From NCBI GenBank assembly GCA_035476575.1, contig DATILL010000074.1, forward strand, positions 10,073 through 74,072: 64,000 nt of DNA. Reading direction: 5' to 3'. The notes beneath the pieces are model-generated. The model worked only from the letters and a program-made list of their open reading frames with translations. It had not been told where the DNA came from and searched no databases. This DNA is from Mycobacteriales bacterium (lineage in GTDB: Bacteria > Actinomycetota > Actinomycetes > Mycobacteriales > JACQDL01). Made by a program: the position numbers and the translations under genes. Of this stretch, positions 1-9,128 are shown one piece after another (the first letter of the stretch is position 1; each line of letters opens with the position of its first letter).

Positions 1-162
1 GTCGGTCGTGTTCTCGGCGTAGTTCGCGTCCAGGTGCAGCGGGTGGTGGTTCATCGTCAGCAGGCAGAACAGGTGGTCGTCGTACTCCGTCACCGTCTTG
101 CCCGGCCAGTGCCGATAGGTCGCATCAACCTCGAAATCCTCGTAGTAACGCCCAAACTGCAC
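1..162 (-). CDS. MaoC-family (hot-dog fold) dehydratase/hydratase, first 54 codons only; gene runs off the left window edge
   Basis: Own translation of the minus strand from GTG at 162 gives VQFGRYYEDFEVDATYRHWPGKTVTEYDDHLFCLLTMNHHPLHLDANYAENTTD, a MaoC-like N-terminus. GGGAGG lies 7 nt upstream. It is absent from the ORF track because it is truncated. Confidence 0.55.
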   Translation of the reverse strand, partial: MQFGRYYEDFEVDATYRHWPGKTVTEYDDHLFCLLTMNHHPLHLDANYAENTTD

Positions 163-465
163 GGCGGTTCCTCCCACTCCTTGACCGGGATGGCCACAGT
201 CTGCACGGCCCTGCGCTAGCCTTGACAACGGCCTGTGAGCAGACACACCCCGGACCGTGGTGTGGCCTCGCCGCCCCACGGGGCCCGAGCAGGGGAGGTG
301 GACGCACTGAGTACCAGCCAACCGTGCAGTACCAGCCGCGTTCCGCTCCCGTCGTCGGCCCAGCGCTAACCCGCCCGGGCACACCAGCCCAGGCCACCGA
401 CGTACGCCAGCGGGCGCGCTCCTCAACCACGCGATCACGCATGCGGTCCAGCTCGAGGAGTTTCT

Positions 466-1542
466 ATGATGCCTGCGCTGCGCCGGCCGTCTGTCCGCCG
501 GCTATCTCCCCACCACCCGGCCCGCGGCGCCGGGCCCCGCCGCCGCAGCCACGTGGTGGACTGTGCGGTCTACGTCGACGGCGTGCGCCAACCCGGCCCG
601 ATCCCGCCCGAGGACGCCATCGAGCTCGTCCGCAAGACGGGCGGCTCGGCGTTCGTCTGGATCGGCCTGCACGAGCCGGACGAGGCGGAGCTGGCCGGCC
701 TGGCCGAGCTGCTCGACCTCCACCCGCTGGCGGTCGAGGACGCCGTCCACGCACACCAGCGACCCAAGCTGGAACGCTACGACGACATGCTGTTCACCGT
801 GCTGAAGACCGTGCGGTACGTCGCCGCCGGGGGGCCGGGCGCCGCCGAGATCGTCGAGACCGGCGAGGTGATGGTCTTCGTCGGCCGGGACTTCGTGGTG
901 ACCGTCCGGCACGGCGAGCACGGTGGCCTGCGAGCGCTGCGGTTCCGGCTGGAGAAGGACGCCGGGCAGCTCGCGCTCGGGCCCTCGGCGGTGCTGCACG
1001 CGATCGCCGACCGGGTGGTCGACGACTACCTCCACGTGACCCGCGCGCTGCAGGACGACATCGACGCGATGGAGTCGGCGGTGTTCGCCAGCACCCGGTC
1101 CCGGGACGCCGAGCAGATCTACCTGCTCAAGCGCGAGGTCCTGGAGCTGCGCCGGGCGGTCGCCCCGCTGGCCGAGCCGCTGCGTGCCCTCGCCGACCGG
1201 CCGATGCGCCTGGTACATCCCGAGATCCGGGAGTACTTCCGCAACGTCGAGGACCACCTCGCCCGGGTCAGCGAACAGGTCGCCGGCTACGACGAGCTGC
1301 TCACCACGATCGTGCAGGCCAACCTGGCCCAGGTGACCGTGGCCCAGAACGAGGACATGCGCAAGATCTCCGCCTGGGTGGCGATCTTCGCCATCCCGAC
1401 CATGGTCGCCGGCATCTACGGGATGAACTTCGACCACATGCCGGAGCTGCACTGGCGGTTCGGCTACCCCCTGGTCCTCGGGCTGACCTTCCTGGTGTGT
1501 ACGGCGCTGCACCGCGGCTTCCGCCGCAACGGCTGGCTCTGA
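466..1542 (+). CDS. corA: CorA-family Mg2+/Co2+ transporter
   Basis: 358-aa ORF with the YGMNF (GMN) signature between two C-terminal TM helices. GAGGAG lies 5 nt upstream of ATG 466. An alternative GTG at 553 is possible. Confidence 0.9.
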   Translation: MMPALRRPSVRRLSPHHPARGAGPRRRSHVVDCAVYVDGVRQPGPIPPEDAIELVRKTGGSAFVWIGLHEPDEAELAGLAELLDLHPLAVEDAVHAHQRPKLERYDDMLFTVLKTVRYVAAGGPGAAEIVETGEVMVFVGRDFVVTVRHGEHGGLRALRFRLEKDAGQLALGPSAVLHAIADRVVDDYLHVTRALQDDIDAMESAVFASTRSRDAEQIYLLKREVLELRRAVAPLAEPLRALADRPMRLVHPEIREYFRNVEDHLARVSEQVAGYDELLTTIVQANLAQVTVAQNEDMRKISAWVAIFAIPTMVAGIYGMNFDHMPELHWRFGYPLVLGLTFLVCTALHRGFRRNGWL

Positions 1543-1553
1543 CGACCGACCCG

Positions 1554-1952
1554 CTAACGCCGCGGGGGAAGCTGGCAGGAGGCCGTGCTGCCGGGCAGGC
1601 GGTAGCGGTACCGCGCGACCAGCCGGTACGCCGCCGCGGCCAGCCAGGACACCGGCGGGGTGAGGATGACCCGGCCGGGCAGCCGCCACCCGCCGCCGCA
1701 GTCAAGGAGCAGCCTGCCGAACGCCGCGGCGCCCGCGTCCACCACACCGGACGGCGCCACCCACTGCACGGCCCGCTGGCAGGCCTGCGCGGTGACACCG
1801 AGAGCGGCCAGGTCGGCGGCCTGCCAGGGCTGGACCTCGGCCCGCACCGGCAGGTGCCGGTGCAGAAACCGCACGCTGCGGGTGCAGAAACCGCAGTCGC
1901 CGTCGTAGAGGAAGACCGGGCGGCTGGCCCTGACCCCTTCGTGCCCGCTCAT
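1554..1952 (-). CDS. Thiol-disulfide oxidoreductase DCC family protein (DUF393)
   Basis: 132 aa with the N-terminal FLYDGDCGFC CxxC motif typical of the DCC family. Its ATG overlaps the stop of the upstream TAXI gene (ATGA at 1949-1952). Confidence 0.8.
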   Translation of the reverse strand: MSGHEGVRASRPVFLYDGDCGFCTRSVRFLHRHLPVRAEVQPWQAADLAALGVTAQACQRAVQWVAPSGVVDAGAAAFGRLLLDCGGGWRLPGRVILTPPVSWLAAAAYRLVARYRYRLPGSTASCQLPPRR

Positions 1953-2950
1953 CCGCTCGGATGCTCGCGGTAGTACCGCTTGGCGCCGTCGTGCAGTGCG
2001 ACCTCGCCAGTGTCCTGGGCGAGCCTGAGATTGATGTTCCTGGCCTCGTCGTGCGCACGGACCAGGTCGGCCTTGTAGTCAAAGATCAGCTTGGTCAGCT
2101 TGTACGCCAGGTCGTCGCCCATCGTGTCGCGGACCATGAGCAGGTTGGGCACCGCGATGGTGGGCACGTCCTTGTCGGTGCCGTAGACCCCCTTGGGGAT
2201 CGTCCCGGCGCCGTACAGCGGGGTGTACTGGTTCTGCATCCTGCCCAGGTAGGAGTCCAGGGCGAGGAACTTCACCGTGCCCTTCGCCTGGTGGAAAAGG
2301 TCCTTGATGCCGACGGTCGGCAGGCCGCCGGACCAGATCATCGCGTCGATGCCGCCGTCCTTCATCCGGTCGGTGGTCATCTGGAGATCCAGCTTCTTCC
2401 GCTGAACATCATGGTCCGGGTTCAGGCCGGCCAACGTGAGCAGCCGGAGCACGATCACCTCGGTGCCAGAGCCCGGCGCGCCGGTGGAGACCCTCTTGCG
2501 CTTGAGGTCCTTCAGCGAGCTGATCTTTGCGTCGGTCCGTACAACGACGTGGATGACGTTGTTGTAGGTCCGGGCCAGCGCCCGGATCGGCTGTGGCGAA
2601 CCAAACGAGCCCTCGCCGCGCACGGCGTCGGTGGCGATGTCAGCGGTGGTGAAGCCAAGCTGGCTTTCACCGTCGACCACCCGGCGCACGTTCTCCACCG
2701 AGGCGTCGGTGACCTCGACGGTGGCCCGGTAGCCCGTGAGATGCTGGCCGATCAGCCGGGCGATGGCCCCACCGATGATGTAGTACACGCCCGTGCTGTT
2801 ACCGGCGGCGATCGACAGCGTGCCGCCGTTGGGCGCGGGCTGGTCCTCGGTGAGGAGCTGCTGGGCACGGCAGCCGGTCAGGGCGAGCAGGCAGGCGGCC
2901 AGCCCGGCCACCAGCCGGACCGCGGTGGCCCGGGTCAACCGTCTGCGCAT
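1949..2950 (-). CDS. TAXI-family TRAP transporter solute-binding lipoprotein
   Basis: 333 aa with a signal peptide and lipobox LALTGC. The GGTLSIAAGNSTGVYYIIGGAIA segment is typical of TAXI/Imp receptors. Confidence 0.8.
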   Translation of the reverse strand: MRRRLTRATAVRLVAGLAACLLALTGCRAQQLLTEDQPAPNGGTLSIAAGNSTGVYYIIGGAIARLIGQHLTGYRATVEVTDASVENVRRVVDGESQLGFTTADIATDAVRGEGSFGSPQPIRALARTYNNVIHVVVRTDAKISSLKDLKRKRVSTGAPGSGTEVIVLRLLTLAGLNPDHDVQRKKLDLQMTTDRMKDGGIDAMIWSGGLPTVGIKDLFHQAKGTVKFLALDSYLGRMQNQYTPLYGAGTIPKGVYGTDKDVPTIAVPNLLMVRDTMGDDLAYKLTKLIFDYKADLVRAHDEARNINLRLAQDTGEVALHDGAKRYYREHPSG

Positions 2951-3013
2951 GTCACGCGGTCCTTTCGACGGTGCCGACGGTTGTGATGAGCCGCGCTGAG
3001 GGCTGCCGGCTGG

Positions 3014-3634
3014 CTAGAGGCGCCGCACGGGCTGGCCGTCGCCGCCCACGGCAGCGTACGCCCTGGCCATGGTGTGTTCGACCAGAGTGATCAGCGTCGA
3101 CTTGGTGGACTCCCGCTCGCGGGCATCGACCAGCAGGATCGGCACCACGGGCTCGATCTGCAGCGCCTCACGGACGTCCTCGACGCCGTAGGGCTGCACC
3201 CCGTCGAAGCAGTTCAGCGCCACGACGTAGGGCAGGCCCCACTGCTCGAAGTAGTCCACCGCGGGAAAGCAGTCGGCCAGCCGCCTGGTGTCCACCAGCA
3301 CGACCGCGCCGATCGCGCCGCGGACCAGGTCGTCCCACATGAACCAGAACCGGCTCTGGCCCGGCGTACCGAACATGTAGAGGATGAGGTCGCGATCGAG
3401 CGAGATCCGGCCGAAGTCCATCGCCACCGTGGTGGTGGTCTTGTTCGGCAGGCCGGCCAGGTCGTCATGCTCGGACCCCGCCTGCGTCATCACGGCTTCG
3501 GTGGTCAGCGGCTTGATCTCCGACACCGACCCGACGAACGTCGTCTTGCCCGCGCCGAACCCACCCGCGATGACGATCTTGACAGACGTCAGGGTCGCGC
3601 TGGGTACGCCGCGGTCATAGGTTGCGGAGTCCAC
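3014..3634 (-). CDS. cvnD: Conservon GTPase CvnD (Ras/MglA-like ATP/GTP-binding protein)
   Basis: Has the P-loop AGGFGAGKTT and a switch II-like FGTPGQ. It is the last gene of the roadblock/DUF742/GTPase set. Start set to GTG 3634 (AGAAGG upstream, overlaps the cvnC end); the track ATG at 3682 is the alternative. Confidence 0.85.
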   Translation of the reverse strand: MDSATYDRGVPSATLTSVKIVIAGGFGAGKTTFVGSVSEIKPLTTEAVMTQAGSEHDDLAGLPNKTTTTVAMDFGRISLDRDLILYMFGTPGQSRFWFMWDDLVRGAIGAVVLVDTRRLADCFPAVDYFEQWGLPYVVALNCFDGVQPYGVEDVREALQIEPVVPILLVDARERESTKSTLITLVEHTMARAYAAVGGDGQPVRRL

Positions 3635-3971
3635 TGAGCACCTTCTCGAGCAGGGCAAGGTCGGGGGTGGCGCCGGCGGCACCTGGCTGGTGGACCATCA
3701 CCAAGCCCTCGTCGGCCAGGTCACCGACAAGGACCCGGGCCACCCCCAGAGGCACGGACAGCAGCGCCGCGATCTCGGCCACCGACCGGAACTCCCGGCA
3801 CATGGAGAAGATCTGCCGGCGCTCGGGGGTGGCCAGGAACTCCAGCTGCTCCCCAGCCGGCGTCGTGGTCACCAGCGCTTCGATCGGCAGGTCGTACCGG
3901 GGCCGGGTCCGCCCGCCAGTCATCGCATACGGTCGGACCAGCGGGCCCGGATCCCTTCCGAAGCTCGTCAT
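3615..3971 (-). CDS. cvnC: Conservon protein CvnC (DUF742)
   Basis: 118 aa with the VRPYAMTGGRTRP motif characteristic of DUF742, positioned between the roadblock protein and the GTPase. Confidence 0.85.
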   Translation of the reverse strand: MTSFGRDPGPLVRPYAMTGGRTRPRYDLPIEALVTTTPAGEQLEFLATPERRQIFSMCREFRSVAEIAALLSVPLGVARVLVGDLADEGLVMVHQPGAAGATPDLALLEKVLSGLRNL

Positions 3972-3987
3972 CCCGCCACCTCAACCG

Positions 3988-4410
3988 TCACCTGGGCAAG
4001 GTCGCCTGTAGCTCGGCACGCAGCGCAGGGGTGAGCACGTCTCCCACCCGGGAGACCAGCAGCGCCATCTCGTAGCCGACCAGGCCGACGTCGCAGTCCT
4101 TGGCGGCCAGCACGGCAAGGCACGAGCCGTCACTGATCGCCATGACGAACAGGAACCCCTTCTCCATCTCGATCACGGTCTGGTTGACGGCACCGGCTTC
4201 GAAGACCCGGGCCGCACCCTGGGTGAGGCTGGACAGCCCCGAGGAGACCGCGGCGAGCTGGTCGGCCCGGTCCCGGGGCAGGCCGTGCGACGCGGCGAGC
4301 AGCAACCCGTCCGCGGACACCACGATGGAGTGTGCGATGCCGGGCACCTTGTGCACAAAGTTCGAGATCAGCCAGTTGAGGTTCTGCGCGTTGGGACTGA
4401 GCTTGGTCAC
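3988..4410 (-). CDS. cvnB: Conservon protein CvnB (roadblock/LC7 domain)
   Basis: 140 aa with a roadblock/LC7-like sequence (LLAASHGL...FLFVMAISDGSCLAVLA). GTGA overlap with the cvnA stop at 4407-4410. Confidence 0.85.
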   Translation of the reverse strand: MTKLSPNAQNLNWLISNFVHKVPGIAHSIVVSADGLLLAASHGLPRDRADQLAAVSSGLSSLTQGAARVFEAGAVNQTVIEMEKGFLFVMAISDGSCLAVLAAKDCDVGLVGYEMALLVSRVGDVLTPALRAELQATLPR

Positions 4411-7400
4411 GCGTGCTCCTGGTTCGCAAAAGGCGTCTCGTCGGGATCATGGTGCCGATGCCTCCCGGCCTCCCGACCCTGCAGGAGACCACGCTGGTAA
4501 CTGGACAGCATGCCACGCACAGCCTCGGGCGAGCGCAGGTGCGCGGGGGGAGGCGGCGGCTGGCCCTCCGCCGGGGCGGGTCCGCCCGGGCGGTCCGGGG
4601 CCGGCGCGGCGCCAGGGACAAAATGCGCCAAAGGAACGCGAATGGGCAGGCCTGCCTCCGTTATGCCCGCGCTGCTCGGGGCGGCCAACCGCCCCGCGGC
4701 CCGCCATCCATCGTCTGACGGGGACTCCCACGGCGACTGCGGCGGGGGAGGTACCGGCTGCCGCGCGGCGGCGGGGTTGACGCTGGCGGCCAACGGCGCG
4801 GGCTGGCCGGACGGCTCTGGCCGGTACGGCGAGCCGGGCGCTTCGGCGGCCGGCGGACGGCCCGGGAGCGGGCTGCCTGGCTCCGCACCGGCCTGCCTGC
4901 GGCCGCGGACCGGCAGTGCGGGTGGGGAGTCCTGCCGGCCTGGCTCGGCCTGGCTTGGCGTTTCGGCAGCGGCCAACTTGGCCCCCTCGGAAGGTAACGT
5001 CCCAGCGTGCTCCGGTTCGCCCAAGCCCACGTCCACCCGATCCATCGGGGGGCCGGCCAGGTCCGGCTCGGCGACGGACAGATCATCCAGGGAGATGCCC
5101 CATTCCGCCAGCGGGAGCCCCGGCGGGGGCGGCGGAGGCTCGGCATCCCGCCGGAGGAACCACTGGGACTCCAGCGCGGCGAAGATCGGCAGGTCCTCGT
5201 CCTTGCCGTGCGGAACGATGGTGTCCTCGTCGAGGTCGACCTGTCCGGTGCTGACCGGAGCCCTGCCGGGAACCGGACCGGTCAGCGGGTCGACCGGCTC
5301 GGCGTGCTGGTCGAGGGCACCAGCGCCGGTCCGGACCGGTTCGGCAGGCGGGTCGCCGGCCGGTGCGGGTCCGCCGGCTGGCACCGGTTCGGCCGCGACG
5401 GCCGCCCCGGTCGCGCTCGGGTCGCCGGCTGGCGGCGGGGCCAGGCTCGGGTCGGGTGGCGGGGGCGGAGCCGCGTCGGACCGCTGCGCGGTGCGGTGCG
5501 GCAGCAACGGTACGAACGCTACGACGTTGTCGGCCTGCTCCGGTACGCCGCCGGCCGGCTGGCCTGTTCCCGGTACGGCGCCCGCACCGGGCCGGTCGCC
5601 GTCACCGGCCAGCGATGGCCGCGGTGGGCGGTGCGGCTGGATCGGCTGGTAGGACCCCGGCTCACGGCGCGGCAGCGGTGGCCGCCCGGGCGGCGCCGGA
5701 CCGAGTGGCGTGGGCCTGGGCACCTCCTGCCCGGCCGGCTCAGCCGGTGTCCGGCCAGGCGCGCCGGCTGGCCCGGTCAGCGCGGCAGGCTGCCGCCCCC
5801 GGCCGAACGGCACACCGGCCGGGGAACCGGGAACCGGGCCAACGGTCTCACCCGGCCCGCGCGGGACCGGCGGGCCAGCCGGCGGCGGGGACCCGCCGGC
5901 CAGGCCCGGGGTAAGCCCGGCCGGCCCGGAGCCCGGCAGCGGGCCGGCGGCCGCGGCCGGGTAAGGCACCCCCGTCGGGGACGTCTCGCGGCCGTCCAGA
6001 GCCTGGGTCTCGCTGGCCGGCGCCGGCGGCGGCCCGGCCGGCGAGGTCAGCGGGGGCAGCTCCGAGCCGGTCTGCGCCATCGGGTCGACGACCACCTCCG
6101 GCGGCAGGTGGATGAGGGCGGTGACCCCGCCCGCCGGCGCGGACCGCACCTGGACCCGCACGCCGTGCCGGGCGGCCAGCCGACCGACGACGTACAGGCC
6201 CATCATCCGGGAGAGCTGCGGGTCGAACTCGGCGTTCGCCGACAGCCGGTCGTTCGCCGTGACCAGGTCCGGCTCCGATATGCCCACGCCCTGGTCCTCG
6301 ATCTCGATCATGACGCCGGAGCCGCCGGACATGGACCGGGCGCTCACCACCACATGGGTCTCGGGGTTGGAGAACTCGGTCGCGTTCTCCAGCAGCTCAG
6401 CGACCAGGTGGACGACGTCGCCGACCGCGCGGCCCTCGATCTCCCGGCCGGTCACGAAGGTGTGCACCACCCGCTGGTACTGCTCGACCTCGGCGGCCGC
6501 GGCCCGCAGCACGTCGATGAGGGCGACCGGGCGGGTCCACCGCCGGCCGGGGTCGGAGCCAGCCAGGACCAGCAGGTTCTCCGCGTTGCGGCGCATCCGG
6601 GTGGCCAGGTGGTCGAGCTTGAACAGGTTCTCCAGCGCGTCCGGGTCACGCTCGGTGCCCTCAAGGGAGTCGATCAGCCGGAGCTGCCGCTCGACCAGGC
6701 TCTGCGTCCGCCGGGACAGGTTGACGAACATGGTGGAGACGTTCTGCCGGAGCTGGGTCTGCTCGGCGGCGTGCCGGACCGCCTCCCGGCGGACGCTGTC
6801 GAACGCCTCGGCGACCTCACCGACCTCGTCCCGGGAGTCCAGGCCCATGGTGGTGAAGGCGGCCTGGCTGGCGTCGAACTCGCTGCTGTCTCGCATCCGC
6901 TCCACGGCGGCGGGCAGCTCCCGGTAGGCGACGTCCAGCGCCCGGGACCGAAGCCGGCGCAGCGGCCGGACGAGGGAACGCACCGTGAGCAGGGCCAGCA
7001 GCAGGGTGAACAGCAGCACGCCGAGCACAACCGAGCCGTCCAGGATGGCCCGGTCGCGGACCTGGTTGCCGAGCTCGCGGGCGCGGTCCAACACCTGCCG
7101 GACGAAGGCGTCCTCGACACCGCCGGCAGCGGTGAGCAGCGTGCCGGTCGGCGTGAGCCAGGAGTCCACGTTCAGCGGGACGATGTCGCCCGCCTTGGTG
7201 TCCAGCACAAGCTTGGTGTTCTTGGCGACCGGTTCGGTCAGCGCGTCCGTGACGGCCCGGTCGTAGACCGCGCGCTGCTCGGTGGACAGCGTGGAGTCGA
7301 TCGCGGTTCTGGCGAGCCCCACCTGGGCGTCCCAGCGGAACAGCTCGGTGCGCGCGTCGGCAGGAAGGGTGCCGATCGCGATCACGTAGGCGACCGAGCC

Positions 7401-8111
7401 GCGTTCGGTCTCGACGGCCTTGATGAACTGCGAGACGGCGACCAGCGCCCGTACGTCGTCGTTCAACGCCTGGTCGTCGCTGCCCTGCGGGATGTCGAGC
7501 TCGATGGTGAGCAGGTCCTCGACGAAGCTGCGGTACTCGGAGTCGGCCTCCGGCCAGCTCCCGTTGGTGTCCACGTTCTGCCGCAGCCCGTCAAGCTTGC
7601 TGGCGTGCTTGCCTACGGTCTGCAGGAGGTCGTCGACGGCCGGGCCGAGGTCGCCGGTCTTGATACCACCTCGCACCGACCGCAGCGTCTCGATCTGCCG
7701 CTCGGTGGCGTCCCGGGCGGACTTGAGGGTGTCGACCGCCTCCTGCCGGTTGCTCCCCATGAACCGAGCCGACTGGTCCCGCTCCGCCTCCAGCGCCCGG
7801 GCGACCAGGATCACCTGCCGCGATAACTGGGCCACCTGCTCCGCGTGGTGCGCCCGGTTGGCCGAGGTGAGCACGTCGCGAAGCCGCAGCCCAGCGGAGC
7901 CGAGCACGGCAAGCAGGGGGATGAGCAGGATGACGAGCAGCTTGGAGCGCACCCGCCAATGCCGGAGCGCCAACGAGAACCGCCGCGACCGGCGCCGCGG
8001 GGGCTCGTGCTCCGGGGGCTGCGCGGCGGGCGGACCGGAACCGACCGCGGCGTGCAACAACCCGGTCTGGTCCATCTCGGCCGCGGCAGACTTGTGCCTA
8101 CCGGGTGTCAT
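4407..8111 (-). CDS. cvnA: Conservon sensor histidine kinase CvnA (nitrate/nitrite-sensing-like N-terminal domain, HAMP, HATPase) with a ~560-aa Pro/Ala/Gly-rich C-terminal tail
   Basis: 1234 aa with an N-terminal TM helix, a HAMP-like segment and the HATPase motifs LLENATEFS / IEDQGVGI / GLYVV. It is the first gene of the cvnABCD order. Confidence 0.85.
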   Translation of the reverse strand: MTPGRHKSAAAEMDQTGLLHAAVGSGPPAAQPPEHEPPRRRSRRFSLALRHWRVRSKLLVILLIPLLAVLGSAGLRLRDVLTSANRAHHAEQVAQLSRQVILVARALEAERDQSARFMGSNRQEAVDTLKSARDATERQIETLRSVRGGIKTGDLGPAVDDLLQTVGKHASKLDGLRQNVDTNGSWPEADSEYRSFVEDLLTIELDIPQGSDDQALNDDVRALVAVSQFIKAVETERGSVAYVIAIGTLPADARTELFRWDAQVGLARTAIDSTLSTEQRAVYDRAVTDALTEPVAKNTKLVLDTKAGDIVPLNVDSWLTPTGTLLTAAGGVEDAFVRQVLDRARELGNQVRDRAILDGSVVLGVLLFTLLLALLTVRSLVRPLRRLRSRALDVAYRELPAAVERMRDSSEFDASQAAFTTMGLDSRDEVGEVAEAFDSVRREAVRHAAEQTQLRQNVSTMFVNLSRRTQSLVERQLRLIDSLEGTERDPDALENLFKLDHLATRMRRNAENLLVLAGSDPGRRWTRPVALIDVLRAAAAEVEQYQRVVHTFVTGREIEGRAVGDVVHLVAELLENATEFSNPETHVVVSARSMSGGSGVMIEIEDQGVGISEPDLVTANDRLSANAEFDPQLSRMMGLYVVGRLAARHGVRVQVRSAPAGGVTALIHLPPEVVVDPMAQTGSELPPLTSPAGPPPAPASETQALDGRETSPTGVPYPAAAAGPLPGSGPAGLTPGLAGGSPPPAGPPVPRGPGETVGPVPGSPAGVPFGRGRQPAALTGPAGAPGRTPAEPAGQEVPRPTPLGPAPPGRPPLPRREPGSYQPIQPHRPPRPSLAGDGDRPGAGAVPGTGQPAGGVPEQADNVVAFVPLLPHRTAQRSDAAPPPPPDPSLAPPPAGDPSATGAAVAAEPVPAGGPAPAGDPPAEPVRTGAGALDQHAEPVDPLTGPVPGRAPVSTGQVDLDEDTIVPHGKDEDLPIFAALESQWFLRRDAEPPPPPPGLPLAEWGISLDDLSVAEPDLAGPPMDRVDVGLGEPEHAGTLPSEGAKLAAAETPSQAEPGRQDSPPALPVRGRRQAGAEPGSPLPGRPPAAEAPGSPYRPEPSGQPAPLAASVNPAAARQPVPPPPQSPWESPSDDGWRAAGRLAAPSSAGITEAGLPIRVPLAHFVPGAAPAPDRPGGPAPAEGQPPPPPAHLRSPEAVRGMLSSYQRGLLQGREAGRHRHHDPDETPFANQEHA

Positions 8112-8336
8112 GCGTAAGACCCCCTGCCCTCCATCTCCTGCGCGCCGGCCCCGAACTTGGGGTCACAGGCCGCCCGCCATCACGGCCGGGGGCCTTTTGG
8201 AGCCCACTGTCGGCACAGGCTAGACCACTGACAACGGTCACCGCACCGAGGAGCGGTGGCCCAACGCGCCGGAGAGGGCCGGGACCGGCCCCGTCGGTGC
8301 CGTGCCGGACCCGTGCCGCGGGCCGTGCGGCGCGGC

Positions 8337-9128
8337 TCAGAGGCTGTCCCGCAGCTCCCACAGCTCGGGATAGAACCGCAGGTCCAGCCGCTGCCGCAGG
8401 TACGGCGCCCCGGTCGAGCCACCGGTGCCGGACTTCGTGCCGATCTGACGCTCCACCATCAGCACATGCCGCTGACGCCAGCGGGCGCACAGCGCGTCGT
8501 GCTCGACCAGCGCCTCGGCGAGGTCCCACAGCGGGCCGTACTCAGCCCGCTCGCCGGTCAGCGCGACCAGGGCCGCCCGCCGGGCCTCCGGGGTGGCCAC
8601 GTCGAGGCCGGCCTTGGCCAGCAGGGCGAGGAAACCGTCCCAGAGGGTGGGCTCGGCCAGCCGGCGGGCCAGCCGGGCGCGCTCCGCGTCGGTGGCATGG
8701 CTGAGCCGGTCCAGGTAGCGCGGGTCGGGCGCGCCGGACACAAACTCCAGCTCGCGGAACTGCACAGACTGGAACCCGCTGGCCGGCGCCAGCAGGGCCC
8801 GGAACCGGAGGAAGTCCTGCGGGGTCATCGTCTCCAGGACGTCGATCTGCTCGATCAGCACCCGTTCCACCACGTGCGCCCGGTTCAGCCGCAGCCGGGG
8901 CAGGTAGCTGTCGCCGGCCAGCATCCGGTCCCGGGCGTCGTCCAGCTCGTGCAGCAGCAGCTTGAACCACAGCTCGTACGCCTGGTGCACGACGATGAAC
9001 AGCAGCTCGTCGTGCGCCGACGACGACCGCGGCACCTGCTGGGCGAGCAGCTCGGGCAGCCGCAGGTACCCACCGTAGGAGAGCCGCCCGCCCTGCTCGC
9101 CGAACTGCCGGTCCACCACCTGGGTCAC
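8337..9128 (-). CDS. kynA: Tryptophan 2,3-dioxygenase
   Basis: Has the typical bacterial TDO segment LSYGGYLRLPELLAQQ...HDELLFIVVHQAYELWFKLLLHEL. Start set to GTG 9128, which overlaps the pruA stop (GTGA). The track start 9212 would overlap pruA by 88 nt. Confidence 0.8.
   Translation of the reverse strand: MTQVVDRQFGEQGGRLSYGGYLRLPELLAQQVPRSSSAHDELLFIVVHQAYELWFKLLLHELDDARDRMLAGDSYLPRLRLNRAHVVERVLIEQIDVLETMTPQDFLRFRALLAPASGFQSVQFRELEFVSGAPDPRYLDRLSHATDAERARLARRLAEPTLWDGFLALLAKAGLDVATPEARRAALVALTGERAEYGPLWDLAEALVEHDALCARWRQRHVLMVERQIGTKSGTGGSTGAPYLRQRLDLRFYPELWELRDSL

Noticed and set aside
163-465. M-box (Mg2+) riboswitch upstream of corA.
   Set aside because: I could not find the conserved M-box core elements by eye. 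Only a cmscan would settle it.
222-1973. Long 583-aa ORF overlapping corA and the DCC gene in another frame.
   Set aside because: It is Arg/Pro/Gly/Ala-rich shadow-frame translation typical of high-GC DNA. It overlaps two genes with clear family motifs.
5007-7826. 939-aa plus-strand ORF, and other 100-380-aa ORFs, antisense to or overlapping cvnA.
   Set aside because: This is low-complexity R/G/P/A composition opposite a gene with clear kinase motifs. No motifs or RBS are present.
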